A stretch of 31,813 nt of DNA from Eledone cirrhosa (lineage: Eukaryota): the NCBI GenBank assembly GCA_964016885.1, contig CAXHJY010000566.1:1-31813 (forward strand), read 5' to 3'. The notes beneath the pieces were generated by a model, which was not told the origin of the DNA, did no database searches, and saw only the letters and a program-made list of their open reading frames with translations. This document shows, one piece after another, positions 29,893-31,813 of this stretch. The first letter of the stretch is position 1. Every line of letters starts with the position of its first letter. Made by a program: the position numbers and the translations under genes.

Positions 29893-30313
29893 CGTATGTA
29901 TGTATGTATGTATGTATGTACATATACATCCACAAGACGGGAGAACAGTAGCATTTCTAAGTATTGCGGCTGTGACTAGCTGGGACAGTTTGTATGTATA
30001 ATTGTGTATGTGTAAGTGGCTGGCATTCTCCTGCACTTAGCTAATTACGAGTGAAAACATGCAAGAGAACCGAGAAGGGAGGAAAGGAAACCCCCCCCCC
30101 CTCTCTTACAGGACACCAGGAACCAAGACACGTATGTATGTATGTATGTATGTATGTATGTATGTATGTATGTATGGATATAAACACGCACACATAAATA
30201 TGTATATATAATGTATATGGGACATTATACGTAAACACGTGTGAGTTATGTAAGGAGGTTTATAAATGCAAAAAAATAAAAGAAAAACAGATGTATGTGT
30301 ATAGGTGTACATG

Positions 30314-30377
<64 letters not shown>

Positions 30378-30455
30378 CAAAAGTTTAACAATTGATTAAT
30401 CAATGAATAAAGACTGGAATTGAACTATCAGCACAGTTGAGGTATGTCAGACATC

Positions 30456-30529
30456 AATATATTTTATCTGATGAGGGCGTACTGATGAAATAGCTCAGTA
30501 TCTCTGAAATATGTATAATAAAATATATT
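30456..30529 (+). ncRNA. Type I hammerhead ribozyme motif
   Basis: AATATATTTTAT-CTGATGA-GGGCGTACTGA loop TCAGTATCTCT-GAAA-TATGTA-TA/ATAAAATATATT; 12-bp Watson-Crick stem I, 10 of 11 pairs in stem II; predicted cut after 30517. Confidence 0.82.
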
Positions 30530-30592
30530 TGATCACATTAATGTCTATATTTATTAATATTTGATCACATGAATGTCTATATTTATTAATAT
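30524..30592. repeat. ~32-bp tandem duplication TATTTGATCACAT(T/G)AATGTCTATATTTATTAA
   Basis: Two adjacent copies, one mismatch, directly after the hammerhead. Confidence 0.9.
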
Positions 30593-30599
30593 TTTGAAG

Positions 30600-30632
<33 letters not shown>

Positions 30633-30658
30633 TATAGATAGATATAGATATATATATA

Positions 30659-30815
30659 ATCATCACTGTTTAACGTCCATTGCATGGTTCAGACGGGTTG
30701 ACCGTGCCGAGAGGTATGTCTGGCAAGCGTTATCCATGTCGCACCTTCTTCCAGGTATTTTACTGCTGGATGCCCTAACACCAACCACATTTACAGTGTG
30801 GAACTGGATGGCTCG
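30659..30815 (-). mobile_element. Diverged short retroelement with RTE-type tail
   Basis: Tail matches 22229-22272 in reverse; CTGGATGCCCTAACACCAACCAC resembles a recalled octopus repeat; right boundary approximate. Confidence 0.5.
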
Positions 30816-30863
30816 GTTATGAGGAAGGACAGGCCAGATGGCCTCACTGAACCTGTCTCACAA

Positions 30864-31512
30864 TCGATATATATATATATATAATAAAGAAAGCAGTGCG
30901 GGACTGCATCCAGAATATATTTTTTTTTACTCCGTTTGTAAAATAAGTTGAATTACTTTGAATAAATAATTGTTTCTACTTTAGGCACAAGGCCAGCAAT
31001 TACCCAGTGCATTACTGGTACTTTATTTTATCGACCCCGTAAGGATGAAAGGCAAAGTCAACGTCGGCGGGATTTGAACTCAGATCGTAAAGGGACGTAA
31101 CTATGCTGGAAAGCATGGCGTCCGACCCTCTACCGATACTGCCAATCCACCGCCCGTACCTAACGACACTAAATAATGAATGAATATTACATAATTTATC
31201 TACTAAAATCCGTGGCTGTTGATTAAATACATTTTATAGCTTATTTAAAGATTCACTTCTTTAAAATTGTCAAATGTCAACACTTCCGGTTAGCGGCCGT
31301 TATATTGTAACACTTATAATCGCATATATTTCCGTCGCTAATTTTCTCCTAATGCAGTTTATATATATCGTCTGTTTTTTATGTATCATGGATTACGTTA
31401 CTGATTACAGAAGAGAGTGTAACATAGACTTCGTTCAATTTCTGTGTATAATATCAATATACACACCACACATGCTTACAGAAAACCACCCGAAAGGTGG
31501 TTTTTCTGCTGG
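30864..31512 (+). mobile_element. Candidate non-autonomous Helitron interrupted by a SINE
   Basis: 3' end: hairpin AAAACCACC-cgaaa-GGTGGTTTT (31482-31504) 8 nt before CTGG|T (CTRR, T); 5' end either A|TCGATATA...TAATAAAG (30864) or A|TCTACTAAAA (31199). 5' end uncertain. Confidence 0.55.
30971..31155 (-). mobile_element. Full-length tRNA-derived SINE
   Basis: Differs from 15896-16080 at one position by eye (AATTAACC vs AATTACCC). Confidence 0.93.
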
Positions 31513-31601
31513 TATATATAATATATATGTATATATAATATAATATATATTATATATGAAATACATATATAAATATATAGTTATGTAATAAACAACATAA
31601 G

Positions 31602-31680
31602 ATAAATTCATTTACCGATGGTTTCTTGAAGACAGACGAGCTTGACACTTATCTGCCTTCATTCATCAGAACGAATTTAT
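31602..31680 (-). ncRNA. Type I hammerhead ribozyme motif (left arm of foldback)
   Basis: Minus strand: ATAAATTCGTT-CTGATGA-A-TGAAGGCAGAT loop GTCTGTCTTCA-A-GAAA-CC atc GG-TA/AATGAATTTAT; 11-bp stem I, 11-bp stem II, GUA site; A.A instead of the usual G-C at the base of stem II. Confidence 0.75.
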
Positions 31681-31684
31681 TAAA

Positions 31685-31751
31685 CGTTCTGATGAATGAA
31701 GGCAGACATAAGTGTCAAGCTCGTCTGTCTTCAAGAAACCACTGGTAAATG
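31685..31751 (+). ncRNA. Type I hammerhead ribozyme motif with shortened stem I (right arm of foldback)
   Basis: CGTT-CTGATGA-A-TGAAGGCAGAC loop GTCTGTCTTCA-A-GAAA-CC act GG-TA/AATG; only 4 bp of contiguous stem I remain. Confidence 0.62.
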
Positions 31752-31813
31752 AATTAATTATCTTATGTTGTTTATTACATAACTAAAAAGCTTTGTCGCC
31801 TGCATAGAGCACT

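Larger units (their letters stand above)
31578..31785. repeat. 208-bp near-perfect inverted repeat
   Basis: Arms 31578-31673 and 31685-31785, 11-nt spacer, a few small indels and substitutions. Confidence 0.97.

Noticed and set aside
31482-31506. Rho-independent terminator (hairpin plus T run)
   Set aside because: Eukaryotic context; better explained as a Helitron 3' hairpin.

Overview
AT-rich, extremely microsatellite-rich eukaryotic non-coding DNA (intronic or intergenic). The short interspersed repeats resemble families I recognise from octopus genomes, so a cephalopod origin is inferred, not proven. No host protein-coding exon can be supported; almost all listed ORFs are read-through of simple repeats. 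The only clear protein-coding remnants are a frameshifted, 3'-truncated CR1-like LINE (APE endonuclease plus the start of the reverse transcriptase, ~10470-12275) and a frameshifted C2H2 finger at the end of a ~600-bp internally deleted RTE-like element (22683-23289) that lies inside a ~9-kb (TA)n/CA tract. Other elements: several tRNA-derived SINE copies (two nearly identical), a candidate solo LTR with a TATA duplication (2068-2831), a candidate non-autonomous Helitron (30864-31512) and several minisatellites, one with a 368-bp higher-order repeat. The most interesting signal is RNA-structural: four type I hammerhead-ribozyme folds within 2.4 kb (29401-29465 +, 30456-30529 +, and a divergent pair at 31602-31680 - / 31685-31751 + that together form a 208-bp foldback), plus a U3-A8 variant fold at 10147-10194 (-). 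All were folded by eye; they most likely derive from Penelope-like elements or retrozyme-like elements, and activity is untested.
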